IMG/VR virus record: IMGVR_UViG_3300007351_000018
DNA from: a virus
Length of the DNA stretch: 47,425 nt
Strand: one strand, 5' to 3'
The notes under the pieces were generated by a model. That model had not been told where the DNA came from, did not search any database, and saw only the letters and a program-made list of their open reading frames with translations. The position numbers and the translations under genes were made by a program. Of the stretch, positions 6,924-15,683 are shown piece by piece (the stretch's first letter is position 1; each line of letters starts with the position of its first letter).

Positions 6924-7154
6924 ATGAATGAACTTGTCAAACCCAACAATCTTATAGTCAGCAATTCAGGCAATAAATACTTATCAGTAAACATATCATT
7001 TTCACGGACTTACATATATTCTAACAACGGCAAATTACAAAGTAGTGGTGGTATACTTCCATATGCGTTAGCTGGGGTGGGAATGTTGCTGATGTATGGC
7101 ATTGCAAATGTTTCCCTTGATAATGTGAGCCAGCTTGTACGCTTATTAAAGTAG
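6924..7154 (+). CDS. Hypothetical small protein with a C-terminal hydrophobic segment
   Basis: 76-aa ORF after GGAGGG; ...GGILPYALAGVGMLLMYGIANV... Confidence 0.4.
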   Translation: MNELVKPNNLIVSNSGNKYLSVNISFSRTYIYSNNGKLQSSGGILPYALAGVGMLLMYGIANVSLDNVSQLVRLLK

Positions 7155-7196
7155 GCTTTTTAAGCAAAAATATATCACACGAAGGGGATAAAACCT

Positions 7197-7391
7197 ATGC
7201 TACACATAGCAAAAACACTTTTAGTTAAAACAGCCATAAAGGCAATGAATCCACAAATTAAGAAGAAAGAGCAAGCAAGGCACACCAAGAAAAAAGAGTA
7301 CAGAAAACAGATGATAAAGATGTTCGGGCGTACACGATATTATTTGTCTGTGTGGTTCGGGCCGTGGATATTATATGAGGGGCGCAGTTAG
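7197..7391 (+). CDS. Hypothetical small basic protein
   Basis: 64-aa Lys/Arg-rich ORF after GAAGGGGA. Confidence 0.35.
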   Translation: MLHIAKTLLVKTAIKAMNPQIKKKEQARHTKKKEYRKQMIKMFGRTRYYLSVWFGPWILYEGRS

Positions 7392-7412
7392 CCCCTTGAC
7401 TTTTATTGAAAA

Positions 7413-7440
7413 TTGACATATAGGGAAAATAAGGTATAAT
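7413..7440 (+). promoter_or_regulatory. Near-consensus sigma-A-type promoter of the dockerin moron
   Basis: TTGACA (7413-7418), 16 nt, TATAAT (7435-7440). Confidence 0.6.
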
Positions 7441-7463
7441 ATAAATGAAGGGAGAGTATTATT

Positions 7464-7721
7464 ATGGTAAAAAAGGTTATTGTATTGGCATTGTTATTCA
7501 CTCTCATGGTTTCTGCGTGTGCTTCTGCCCCAATGTTCGGTGATGTCACCAATGATGGATTGATAGACGAGGCAGACATACAGTGTCTAAAGGACTATAT
7601 ACTCGGCAAAGATGTAACGATCAACCTAGACAACGCAGACGTTAATCAGGACGGAAGCATAAATGTACTTGACTTACTGAAAATCAAACGACATATTATC
7701 GGCGTAGAAGAGATCGAATAG
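7464..7721 (+). CDS. Secreted lipoprotein consisting only of a type-I dockerin module
   Basis: Signal peptide with lipobox MVKKVIVLALLFTLMVSAC; two Ca-binding dockerin repeats, GDVTNDGLIDEADI and ADVNQDGSINVLDL. Confidence 0.8.
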   Translation: MVKKVIVLALLFTLMVSACASAPMFGDVTNDGLIDEADIQCLKDYILGKDVTINLDNADVNQDGSINVLDLLKIKRHIIGVEEIE

Positions 7722-7755
7722 TAAAAAAGCCCCCGATTAAGGGGGCTTTACTTTT
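7722..7755. terminator. Bidirectional rho-independent terminator between the dockerin gene and the holin gene
   Basis: aaaaaAGCCCCCgattaaGGGGGCTttactttt: a GC stem flanked by an A-run and a T-rich run. Confidence 0.8.
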
Positions 7756-7951
7756 AGAATCCGTCTGGTTTTGTCGGGTTGTTAAGTATACCGAATATCA
7801 CAAGCATTTGTAGTACTCCTGCTGCAACATCACCTATCATACCAGCATCAACGCCAAGACTAGCCCATAAGCCAGTTATCTGACCGAGTGATATTATCTG
7901 CGCAACAATAGATGTCCATACTACCCATGACCTTAATCTGTTCTGTTCCAT
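7754..7951 (-). CDS. Holin
   Basis: 65 aa with two hydrophobic helices (WVVWTSIVAQIISLGQI and VAAGVLQMLVIFGIL); last gene of the lysis cassette, next to the endolysin. Confidence 0.65.
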   Translation of the reverse strand: MEQNRLRSWVVWTSIVAQIISLGQITGLWASLGVDAGMIGDVAAGVLQMLVIFGILNNPTKPDGF

Positions 7952-7963
7952 GACAATCTCCTT

Positions 7964-9208
7964 TCAATATTTTTCTACTAATACTTTAATCCCTGCCTTT
8001 AAACTATTGTATTTATCTGATACAGCCGTAAGGTCTTTTGCCATAAGGCTTATCTGCTCGTCTTTAAGTTTATTATCCTTTTGTAGCTGTTCAGCTATTG
8101 CCTTATAGTCAATCTCAATTATAGGCACTTCAAGTATCTGCTTCCATATCTTGATAATATCTTGACCGTATGTAGTTCCAGGATAAGCCCATTTACCGTT
8201 AAGCTGTTCCCAGTTGGGTGCAGCACCAATAAGTTTTTTCTTAATAAGTTCGCCCCATCTTTGATCTACACAAGGTTGATTAAGTGGTTCTTTTGTAGCA
8301 TACCCCTTTAAGTGCTGTATCTGCGCCCTTATACCCGTACGCCAATCGGGAAACTTATTACCATTATGCTCTTTTATCGGTTGTCCATCTGGCGTATATC
8401 CGATGATTTTTTCTGAACTATCAACACCTAAACCGGCGGGATTGTTCCATTCTATTTTTGCATCACCTGTAAACCGCCAATAGTTGGTTTCCTTTAACGC
8501 CTGTGCAAAGGCAATATCACCCCGTACACCTTCGGTTTCTCCTTCTTCAATGTACATTTGTCCAAGATTATCAGGTGCATTGGGATTGACTCGCTTAATG
8601 AAAGTGTTCATCTGTTCTGCGGTAGCCTGTGATTTACCCATTATAGGGTTCATAGCATTCACTCCCAATTTATAATGATTTTTTATAACATTAGCGATTG
8701 CATATGCCTGCTTGTTTAAATTCATTTTGCCAAAATCACCCTTGTGATCCATGAAAAATGATTCTAAGATGATTGACTGTACGGGCAAGCTATAACGCGG
8801 TATTCCATACCAATCCTGCCCTGCAATAGTCGTACTTTCCTTGCTGAATATCCTGCGATATATAACGCCTATTTCTGATACCATGCCTTTTACAAGCGCA
8901 TCTGCAAGGTGCTTACAATCCTCCGTTGCCTTGATACTATATATAGCCTCACACCCATTCGCCTTACCATCATAAGCATTATGATGTAAGGATAGTAACA
9001 AGTCTGCGTTATTGTCTTTTGCTACTTTCGCTCTAGCAGACAATGACATATCTATATCGCTTGTCCTTGTCATTATGACTTCGCAGTAATCCTTTAATAA
9101 GTCTTTTACCTTTAAAGATAGTGGAAGGTTTATATCTTTTTCCTTATACCCATTCGCTATTGCGCCGGGTTCAGTTCCTCCATGTCCGGGATCAATCACT
9201 ATTTTCAT
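7964..9208 (-). CDS. Bifunctional endolysin: N-acetylmuramoyl-L-alanine amidase (Amidase_3) plus glucosaminidase-like domain
   Basis: KIVIDPGHGGTEPGA...DINL...LLLSLHHNA (amidase_3); ...EGVRGDIAFAQALKETNYWRF...NNPAGLG (glucosaminidase/FlgJ-type). Confidence 0.8.
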   Translation of the reverse strand: MKIVIDPGHGGTEPGAIANGYKEKDINLPLSLKVKDLLKDYCEVIMTRTSDIDMSLSARAKVAKDNNADLLLSLHHNAYDGKANGCEAIYSIKATEDCKHLADALVKGMVSEIGVIYRRIFSKESTTIAGQDWYGIPRYSLPVQSIILESFFMDHKGDFGKMNLNKQAYAIANVIKNHYKLGVNAMNPIMGKSQATAEQMNTFIKRVNPNAPDNLGQMYIEEGETEGVRGDIAFAQALKETNYWRFTGDAKIEWNNPAGLGVDSSEKIIGYTPDGQPIKEHNGNKFPDWRTGIRAQIQHLKGYATKEPLNQPCVDQRWGELIKKKLIGAAPNWEQLNGKWAYPGTTYGQDIIKIWKQILEVPIIEIDYKAIAEQLQKDNKLKDEQISLMAKDLTAVSDKYNSLKAGIKVLVEKY

Positions 9209-9389
9209 CTTTATTCACCTCTTTCCACGCCCTGTACTTATCGCAAAATTCATAACAGTTACAATGACTCTCGGCGTGCCACCGTTCCGTACAGCCTGTA
9301 CATGGATATGCCATTGATTTCTCAATCGCCCTTATAAGCGTTTCAGGATTCTTTATTATAAATTCTTTGTTAAATGATGATGTTGGCAT
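9192..9389 (-). CDS. Hypothetical Cys-rich small protein
   Basis: 65 aa; ...YPCTGCTERWHAESHCNCYEFCDKY...; overlaps the endolysin start. Confidence 0.4.
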   Translation of the reverse strand: MPTSSFNKEFIIKNPETLIRAIEKSMAYPCTGCTERWHAESHCNCYEFCDKYRAWKEVNKDENSD

Positions 9390-9495
9390 AGTGTCCCTCC
9401 ACTTTAATTATATCAAACATCTGTTCGTATCTGTGAGGCTCTACGATTCGATTCTAGCCACTTTTCGGGGTAGGGTAGGGTAATTTTACCCCCTC

Positions 9496-10302
9496 TTAAT
9501 TTAACAGGTTTATTTTGTATCTCCACGTTATACCCTGCTCTGGATGGATACCGAATAACCAATATGTCTGGCAACCATCCATACCGAGATATTCCAAACA
9601 AAAATCATCATTATCGCCCATGGTGCCATTGAAAAATATGTTCGTTGACCTCCACGGCATATCACCTGTGATATGAAAATGTCCCATGAATACATTATTA
9701 AAAGTGTCTTTCAAGGATTGCTCCCACCGCATGACCCTTTGTACCGCACCATACCAGGGTATGTTCTGATACATCTTGATTCCTGCCCCGTGATAGAGAA
9801 GGTTCTTCCATCCCATTATTTCAACTATCTCATAAAATTCCTCCGATATGTTGAATGTAACCCTCTCATTGCCTCGCATGGCAAGTTTCATTTCGTCATA
9901 AAATACTAAGTCCCAGTTATTACCCTCGTGGGTAAAGTTAGTCACCCTGCCGTGATTGCCCCTTACGCCATGGACATATATGTGGTCAAAGTATTTTGTA
10001 CCCATCAATAAAAACGGCTCAAACAGTTCCACGGCCTTTATACATTGTTCCCGTCCGTATCGTGCCTGTTGGTCTGTATGGTGTGGATGTGTCTTGTAAA
10101 TATTGTCATTGTCTATGTGATCGCCAAGATCGAAAATATGTAAGTCCTCTATGGTGTAGCTTTTCCGTATGATGTCCACTACTTTAAGGGTATTGTGTAT
10201 AAGATTGCTGTGTCTTGTTTCTGCGACTTCCGTATTATATGATGATGTTTTCTTGCCTATATGTATATCGCTTATTACAAGTACCGCAGTTTCCTTTTCC
10301 AC
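9496..10302 (-). CDS. Calcineurin-like metallophosphoesterase
   Basis: Full motif set: VISDIHIG (D-x-H), LGDHIDND (G-D-x-x-D), RGNHGR (G-N-H), MGHFH (G-H-x-H). Confidence 0.8.
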   Translation of the reverse strand: MEKETAVLVISDIHIGKKTSSYNTEVAETRHSNLIHNTLKVVDIIRKSYTIEDLHIFDLGDHIDNDNIYKTHPHHTDQQARYGREQCIKAVELFEPFLLMGTKYFDHIYVHGVRGNHGRVTNFTHEGNNWDLVFYDEMKLAMRGNERVTFNISEEFYEIVEIMGWKNLLYHGAGIKMYQNIPWYGAVQRVMRWEQSLKDTFNNVFMGHFHITGDMPWRSTNIFFNGTMGDNDDFCLEYLGMDGCQTYWLFGIHPEQGITWRYKINLLN

Positions 10303-10318
10303 TCATTTTCTCCTTTGT

Positions 10319-10462
10319 TTATTGACATGGGGAATAAAAACAATTCGGGCAAATATAACATCCACCTTGAGGTATCAACCTTGTGCCACATTCTGGACAC
10401 ACTTTATTCAGCGAACAAGTGTTATTGAGGCACGCTTTTAACAGCGATAAAATGTACTTCAT
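10319..10462 (-). CDS. Hypothetical 47-aa zinc-ribbon protein
   Basis: MKYILSLLKACLNNTCSLNKVCPECGTRLIPQGGCYICPNCFYSPCQ; two CxxC pairs; below the ORF-track cutoff. Confidence 0.35.
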   Translation of the reverse strand: MKYILSLLKACLNNTCSLNKVCPECGTRLIPQGGCYICPNCFYSPCQ

Positions 10463-10467
10463 GAATA

Positions 10468-10731
10468 TCAACCTCCGATTAGCTTATTGAACAATCCTAG
10501 AATAACTCCTGCCACAACAGCACCCGTTGTAGTGAATAATGCACCAACTGACAGCCAGACGGCCTTATTGATGTTCCTTCTTAACCCTTCTATGTTTTCC
10601 GTGCAAATATCAGTCCTACTTGAAGTACGGTCTAGTTTTTCTCGGAGATTGTTGTAACTGTCGATTTTAGTTTCGATTCGTGTTACCCTTTCAAGAATTT
10701 CGACCTCGAATTTACTTATTGCGTTATCCAT
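10468..10731 (-). CDS. xhlA: XhlA-like lysis-associated membrane protein
   Basis: 87 aa; N-terminal coiled coil then a C-terminal TM (AVWLSVGALFTTTGAVVAGVILGLF); first gene of the lysis cassette. Confidence 0.5.
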   Translation of the reverse strand: MDNAISKFEVEILERVTRIETKIDSYNNLREKLDRTSSRTDICTENIEGLRRNINKAVWLSVGALFTTTGAVVAGVILGLFNKLIGG

Positions 10732-10819
10732 AATTTTTTCCTCCCTTGAAAAAATCTTGTGGAAGGGGTATACTTTACTTACCCTCCCTCGGTTCCACTA
10801 TAAAGGGAGGGGCATTAAA

Positions 10820-10850
10820 GAAGCCGTTGGAATGTCCTTCCTTCGGCTTC
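10820..10850 (-). terminator. Hairpin terminator candidate after the structural operon
   Basis: The minus strand reads GAAGCCGaaggaaggacattccaaCGGCTTCtttaat directly after the stop of the 990-aa gene. The T-tract is weak. Confidence 0.4.
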
Positions 10851-10852
10851 TC

Positions 10853-13825
10853 TCATAATTCTTCTCGCAATCTCTTAATCTGTTTTCTCAAATCCTCTAT
10901 TCGTCTTTTCTTGGCTTTTGCTGATAATGTATCGTTTTTCTGCGCCTTTTTGATTTTATCTTCAAGTGTTCCTATGCGCCGTTCTATCATCAGCCGATTA
11001 TATGTTTCCTCTGGATTCTTTGACCTTCTCACCTTCTCTGTCTGGCTAACTGATAACGGCCTCCTTCGGTTGACGTAGTATTCTTGTGTTTCAGGGAAAG
11101 CAGACGGGCCAAACGCAATACCCCTCGCTATGTTCCCCGCATTTGCATCAACAGGATACTTCAATGTTTCCCCTTCTTCGGTTTGTGAAGTTACTCCACC
11201 CTTGGAAAGAGCAGTAACACCTTTTACGGTTTTGGCAACCTGCGACCCACCCGTTGGTGGTAAAAGATAAGTAACAGGTTTCATAAACTCCTTCCCTGCA
11301 TCCGCAGTACCACCCACTATACCAAATACATCAGGGATAGCTTGTGGCAACGGAATCCTACCACCACCTGTTAATGTTGATGTAAAGGGAAGCTGATCTA
11401 AAACACGGTCTGTGAAATTCATCGTTGCTTGTCCTGTTGATAATTCGGGATTTGTATAATCATTGTAAGAATCAACAATAACACCTATGGGGTCTATTGC
11501 CGGTCTGCGTCCCGCCAATTTCTCATAGATACTATTAAACAAGAAACTATAAATAAACACTTGACCTATTGCAGAGGCCATTGAAGAACCTTGGAAATTT
11601 CGCGGGATATCCTTGAAGATGAAACTTAACTGATTATTCACCTCTAATTGGAATTGTGTCAATAATCCCAAAGTATCGCTTTTAAACAATGTCGGTACTT
11701 GCCCTACACTTCTATCCGCTATGATTCTGGCGGCCCAGTCATCAGCATACTTTATCGCATCCAGTTCACTTAAACCCTTCTTGATACCCTCATGGTACTT
11801 TCCTCTTACTATGGTTTGTGAAGTGAAGTTATCTACACTTTGGAATAACCATCCTGCTTTTTTCGCAATCTTATCCCATAGCTTTATTGATAAAGGATCT
11901 GAACCGATACGCCTTACAAGAAATCCCGATTTCTCAACGAACCCGTCCTTGACAAAAGCATTTGCAATAGTTTCTACCATCCCACGGAAAAATGAGGGTT
12001 TATCTGTTGTGGCAAGTGCCTGTGTCAATGGGATGTAGTTTGTCAATGCGGAAGATATATTTGCACCTATCATGTTAGAGGCAACTTGTGATTTCAACCT
12101 ATTGACTACACCATAAATCCCCCTACCAACAACATCCTCTGCAGCACGGTCTATCATGGCTTTCTTCCCTGCCAATAAGTTTGTATACTCTGTAAGTTCT
12201 GAAACAAAGTTACTTAATTGGTCTGTTCCCTTAAAGCCTGCGCGCAAGGTTTTATCCAAATCCCGCAATCGCTGAATGTTATCCGTATGGTAAATCAGCT
12301 TACTTGCACCATCCAAATATTTATCAATACCTGTTATGGCATCAAAGTCAGTTACATTAGTCATTCGCTTTAACGCACTAGAAAAGAAATTCTTGCCTGG
12401 TCTGAAAGTGGAAGTCAATCCGTTTATATCTGTCGGTAATTTATTCCCTTTCATAGGAATGCCGAATCTCTCAACCACACTTGAAACCTCTGTAAAATGC
12501 TTAAAATAATCTTCACGTTTCGGTATGGGATCATACCCGTTTTTCGTAAGCACATTATTGATAGATTCAAGATAAGAGTCATATTTTTGTCTTAATACTT
12601 TATTGGCATGAGAAATCTTTTTCCACGAATCGGGGGCAGCTGCTTTCATTTCATAGAAATTTATCTGCCCTTCTCCCCACTTTTGCAGTAATTCAGATTC
12701 CTTACTGCGCGGCTTTATGCCTAAGTCCTTTATGGCTTTACGTTCCATCTTTAAGAACTGAACACGTTTTGTTTCATTTGTTGTGATAGGGTCTAAAAAC
12801 TTTTTCTTCATCCTTGGTGCATCAGCACCCATTATGTCCTCAAAGTTTCGTGGCATAGTTTCACGTTTCAGAAACAGTTTAGGTTTATCTTTCCACGATT
12901 GCGCTGATTTAATAATGTCATCCACTTCCTGTTGTTTCATTACATCAGGCATAACAGAACGTGCAACCTCATAACCAGAACGCGGACTAACTTTTCCCAT
13001 TTTAGGTAATGTTGTCTTTGGTATTTCTATTGGATTATTTACATCGCCAACCAACAAACCCTCATCTAGTTTTATTTTATTTGACTTTAAGTAACGTGCT
13101 TTTTCAACCCCCGCCTTTGGCCCTGGAGATTTCAACTTCGGCAACATAGTCTTTGGTACTTTAATACCTACGTCCCCGCCCATCATTTGACCAGGAAGTA
13201 AGGGTTCTTTGTCTATTGTGGGTAATACAGTTTTAGGTTTTGGCAACCCCTTTAATGCACGTTGCCCTGACTTAGCACTCATCAAAAGATTTTCTGTTGT
13301 GCCAAGTGTTGCAGATTTACCAACAGTTCCCGCCCTTGCAAGGTCATCCAATACACCCATCCCACCGACATAAGTCGCAGGATCTATGGCACCACTTATA
13401 ATGGCTTGAACCGCAGTTCCGATAACAGGATTCTTTTCTGATAATTTTTGAAGTCCGGCTTTCGCCTCGTTAGGTAATAATTCAATGGGTTTGCTCCTGC
13501 TTTTGTCAATCGGTTTCCCTTCGGCAAGATTAACGACATTCTTTGAAATCCATGCCAAGGCTTCCCCTGGTGCTTCAAATGCCCTCACTACTGAACCCAC
13601 ACCATAGTCCAGCAATCCCTTCCCGATTTTAGCAAGGAAAGTATCATCCTGATATATGGGCATAAATTCTTCGCCCCAATTAGGATTGTAAATACTGGAC
13701 TTAGATTGAGTTAATTTCGTTCTTTCCCTATATGACTTCAATGTGTCAAGAGTATTAGTGGGAGTTGTAACCTTATTGCTGAAAGTGTTTGTATATTTCT
13801 TTAACTTTTCTAAAGTATTAGCCAT
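10853..13825 (-). CDS. Large (990 aa) virion protein, probably an internal/ejection protein
   Basis: Last and largest gene of the structural operon; hydrophobic central segments (...NMIGANISSALTNYIPLTQALA...); Lys-rich coiled-coil C-terminus. Confidence 0.45.
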   Translation of the reverse strand: MANTLEKLKKYTNTFSNKVTTPTNTLDTLKSYRERTKLTQSKSSIYNPNWGEEFMPIYQDDTFLAKIGKGLLDYGVGSVVRAFEAPGEALAWISKNVVNLAEGKPIDKSRSKPIELLPNEAKAGLQKLSEKNPVIGTAVQAIISGAIDPATYVGGMGVLDDLARAGTVGKSATLGTTENLLMSAKSGQRALKGLPKPKTVLPTIDKEPLLPGQMMGGDVGIKVPKTMLPKLKSPGPKAGVEKARYLKSNKIKLDEGLLVGDVNNPIEIPKTTLPKMGKVSPRSGYEVARSVMPDVMKQQEVDDIIKSAQSWKDKPKLFLKRETMPRNFEDIMGADAPRMKKKFLDPITTNETKRVQFLKMERKAIKDLGIKPRSKESELLQKWGEGQINFYEMKAAAPDSWKKISHANKVLRQKYDSYLESINNVLTKNGYDPIPKREDYFKHFTEVSSVVERFGIPMKGNKLPTDINGLTSTFRPGKNFFSSALKRMTNVTDFDAITGIDKYLDGASKLIYHTDNIQRLRDLDKTLRAGFKGTDQLSNFVSELTEYTNLLAGKKAMIDRAAEDVVGRGIYGVVNRLKSQVASNMIGANISSALTNYIPLTQALATTDKPSFFRGMVETIANAFVKDGFVEKSGFLVRRIGSDPLSIKLWDKIAKKAGWLFQSVDNFTSQTIVRGKYHEGIKKGLSELDAIKYADDWAARIIADRSVGQVPTLFKSDTLGLLTQFQLEVNNQLSFIFKDIPRNFQGSSMASAIGQVFIYSFLFNSIYEKLAGRRPAIDPIGVIVDSYNDYTNPELSTGQATMNFTDRVLDQLPFTSTLTGGGRIPLPQAIPDVFGIVGGTADAGKEFMKPVTYLLPPTGGSQVAKTVKGVTALSKGGVTSQTEEGETLKYPVDANAGNIARGIAFGPSAFPETQEYYVNRRRPLSVSQTEKVRRSKNPEETYNRLMIERRIGTLEDKIKKAQKNDTLSAKAKKRRIEDLRKQIKRLREEL

Positions 13826-13835
13826 TTACAACACC

Positions 13836-15680
13836 TCACAAACTATCTAAGTCTATATTGAGCCTGTTGATTACTGTTAATTGATCTGGTTCAGATAACC
13901 CCGAATTCACTATGTAGGCAACCGCGGCTTCATCATCTATATTACTTTGACGGTTAGCGGCTTCCTTATACACCGCATCTACACTGGCACCCGTATTATT
14001 CAAGTCTGAAACAGTTGCCAATGTCTCAATAAGTTTGTTATACAATGGTTCGCCTAGTGTTTCAGTATACCGTCCAGGATTGCTTATGACATACTGCAAA
14101 AAGCTATATACCGTATCAGGATTAGCAGTGTACTCCGCAACTAAGTCATTGTAATTCTTTAACTGTGTAGGCGTACCCTGTGATTGTTGATTTAACCTTT
14201 CACGGAACAATGCCATTTCCTTGTCCAACTCAAAGGCTTTCTGTTGCATGGAGTTTTCCATATCCCATGCTGCTTTTCTATCTTCCAACTCTTGAGCCCT
14301 TTGCTCCTTTGCCTCTCTTGCATCCTTGCTCAATGTCCCTGCAGGAATACCAAGTATCAAACTGGATTCTTGATCTACAAATCCCAACTGTCGTGTCCTC
14401 TCCCATGCGTCCTGAACCTTTTCACGCTCAAAGTTGATTTCATTTATCGCGGCGTTGTACTGGTCTTGATACTGCTGATATGCGAAGTCTCTCGCATCCC
14501 TGTAACGTGCGTACTGTGAATCATCCATCTGCATGATAAAAGAGGCCATATTCTGTTTCTTGGTGTACTCGTCCATGTATCTGTTGTAGCCGGACTCGTC
14601 CAATCCAAGAAGGAAATTGGCCTGTTGCATTAATTGATTGCCCTCATCCAAATACCTTGAATATGCCATTTCACGGTATCTCGGCAGTAATTCAGCTATA
14701 CCCTGCTGTATCTGATTCTCTGTTATTGTAGAGTTCAAGATGCCTCGTGAGTTCATCAGTTCCATGACTTGCTTGGCAAGTACCTTACTGTCCTGCTGGA
14801 AAGCCTCGTCCGTAGAAGCATCGTAACTGAACGACCTATTCACCACCTTATCCACTAATTGCTGAATCTGTGCTGCGAATGGTGACTGATAAGCCGGTGT
14901 ATTCATCATGTCATCAAGTATCTGCTGTATCTGTCCCGCATAAGGTGATTGATAATCCCCCATATTAGGAGGATTGAACGCGGGTAAAGAAGTGCCTTGT
15001 GATACACCCTGCGACATACCTTGTGTCATCGGCTGTCCCATATTAGCCTGTGCTTGTTCCGGAACAGTGGTTAAACTTTTATTGATAACATTATTATTGA
15101 CGAGTGACTGTCCCTGTGTCAAAGGTTGAGAACCCGCCATAAGTGTATTGGGCTGTGAAAGCGTTGTCGGCTGCTGTACTACTGCGGGTGGGGGCGCAGG
15201 AGTTGTTATGGGCATATTAACTAATCCCATAGAGGGTGGTGTTGGAGGTCCTATTGGAGATGGTTTCGATATACCTATTGCAGGTGGCGGTGTGCCTGGA
15301 GTTACCGCTGGCATACCTGTTAATCCCACTGATGGTGGTGTCGGCGTTATAGTCGGCTGTTGCACTAACCCCGTTGCCATTGGCGGTGCGCCTGGAGTTA
15401 TAGGAGCAGCAGAAACAACCCCCATTGAGGGTATCTGTGGAGATGGCATCGGACTTAAAGTAGACGGATAAGAAGCAAGCGCGCCCATGGTTTGTGGCCC
15501 GACAACCCCGTCCACTGTCAGGTTATTGGCCTGTTGGAATGAGCCAACGGCTGCCCCAGTCATATCACCGAAAACACCATCTATCGGGCCAGGGTCAAAT
15601 CCTGCATTGGATAATTGTATTTGTAGGTTTTTTACTTGATCGCCTTGTGAACCTTTGCCTAAAACTGCCATACCCATCAA
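13836..15680 (-). CDS. Virion protein with an N-terminal peptidoglycan-binding domain, a Pro-rich linker and a coiled-coil C-terminus
   Basis: GSQGDQVKNLQIQLSNAGFDPGPIDGVFGDMTGAAVGSFQQANNLTVDGVVGPQTMGAL (PG_binding_1-type), then PTPP/PAPP-rich low complexity. Likely start is the ATG at 15671. Confidence 0.6.
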   Translation of the reverse strand: MMGMAVLGKGSQGDQVKNLQIQLSNAGFDPGPIDGVFGDMTGAAVGSFQQANNLTVDGVVGPQTMGALASYPSTLSPMPSPQIPSMGVVSAAPITPGAPPMATGLVQQPTITPTPPSVGLTGMPAVTPGTPPPAIGISKPSPIGPPTPPSMGLVNMPITTPAPPPAVVQQPTTLSQPNTLMAGSQPLTQGQSLVNNNVINKSLTTVPEQAQANMGQPMTQGMSQGVSQGTSLPAFNPPNMGDYQSPYAGQIQQILDDMMNTPAYQSPFAAQIQQLVDKVVNRSFSYDASTDEAFQQDSKVLAKQVMELMNSRGILNSTITENQIQQGIAELLPRYREMAYSRYLDEGNQLMQQANFLLGLDESGYNRYMDEYTKKQNMASFIMQMDDSQYARYRDARDFAYQQYQDQYNAAINEINFEREKVQDAWERTRQLGFVDQESSLILGIPAGTLSKDAREAKEQRAQELEDRKAAWDMENSMQQKAFELDKEMALFRERLNQQSQGTPTQLKNYNDLVAEYTANPDTVYSFLQYVISNPGRYTETLGEPLYNKLIETLATVSDLNNTGASVDAVYKEAANRQSNIDDEAAVAYIVNSGLSEPDQLTVINRLNIDLDSL

Positions 15681-15683
15681 CTC

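Noticed and set aside
9455-9485. G-quadruplex (GGGGTAGGGTAGGG)
   Set aside because: Only three G-runs are present; a fourth is missing.
9413-9601. 62-aa minus-strand ORF overlapping the 3' end of the phosphoesterase gene
   Set aside because: It is out of frame with a well-supported gene over half its length, has no RBS, and the remainder falls in a structured intergenic region.
10853-13825. Tape-measure protein call for the 990-aa ORF
   Set aside because: Its length and hydrophobic central segments resemble tape-measure proteins. But no tail tube, sheath or chaperone-frameshift genes are present, and it is the last structural gene, after an adaptor- and nozzle-like pair. That fits a podovirus-type internal or ejection protein better. 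It remains low confidence either way.
15148-15471. Gly-rich plus-strand ORF, and similar antisense ORFs (for example 21219-21745, 24006-24796, 27263-27667, 33351-33733)
   Set aside because: They lie entirely inside long minus-strand genes with recognisable products, lack RBSs, and reflect complement-strand codon bias (Pro-rich sense giving Gly-rich antisense).
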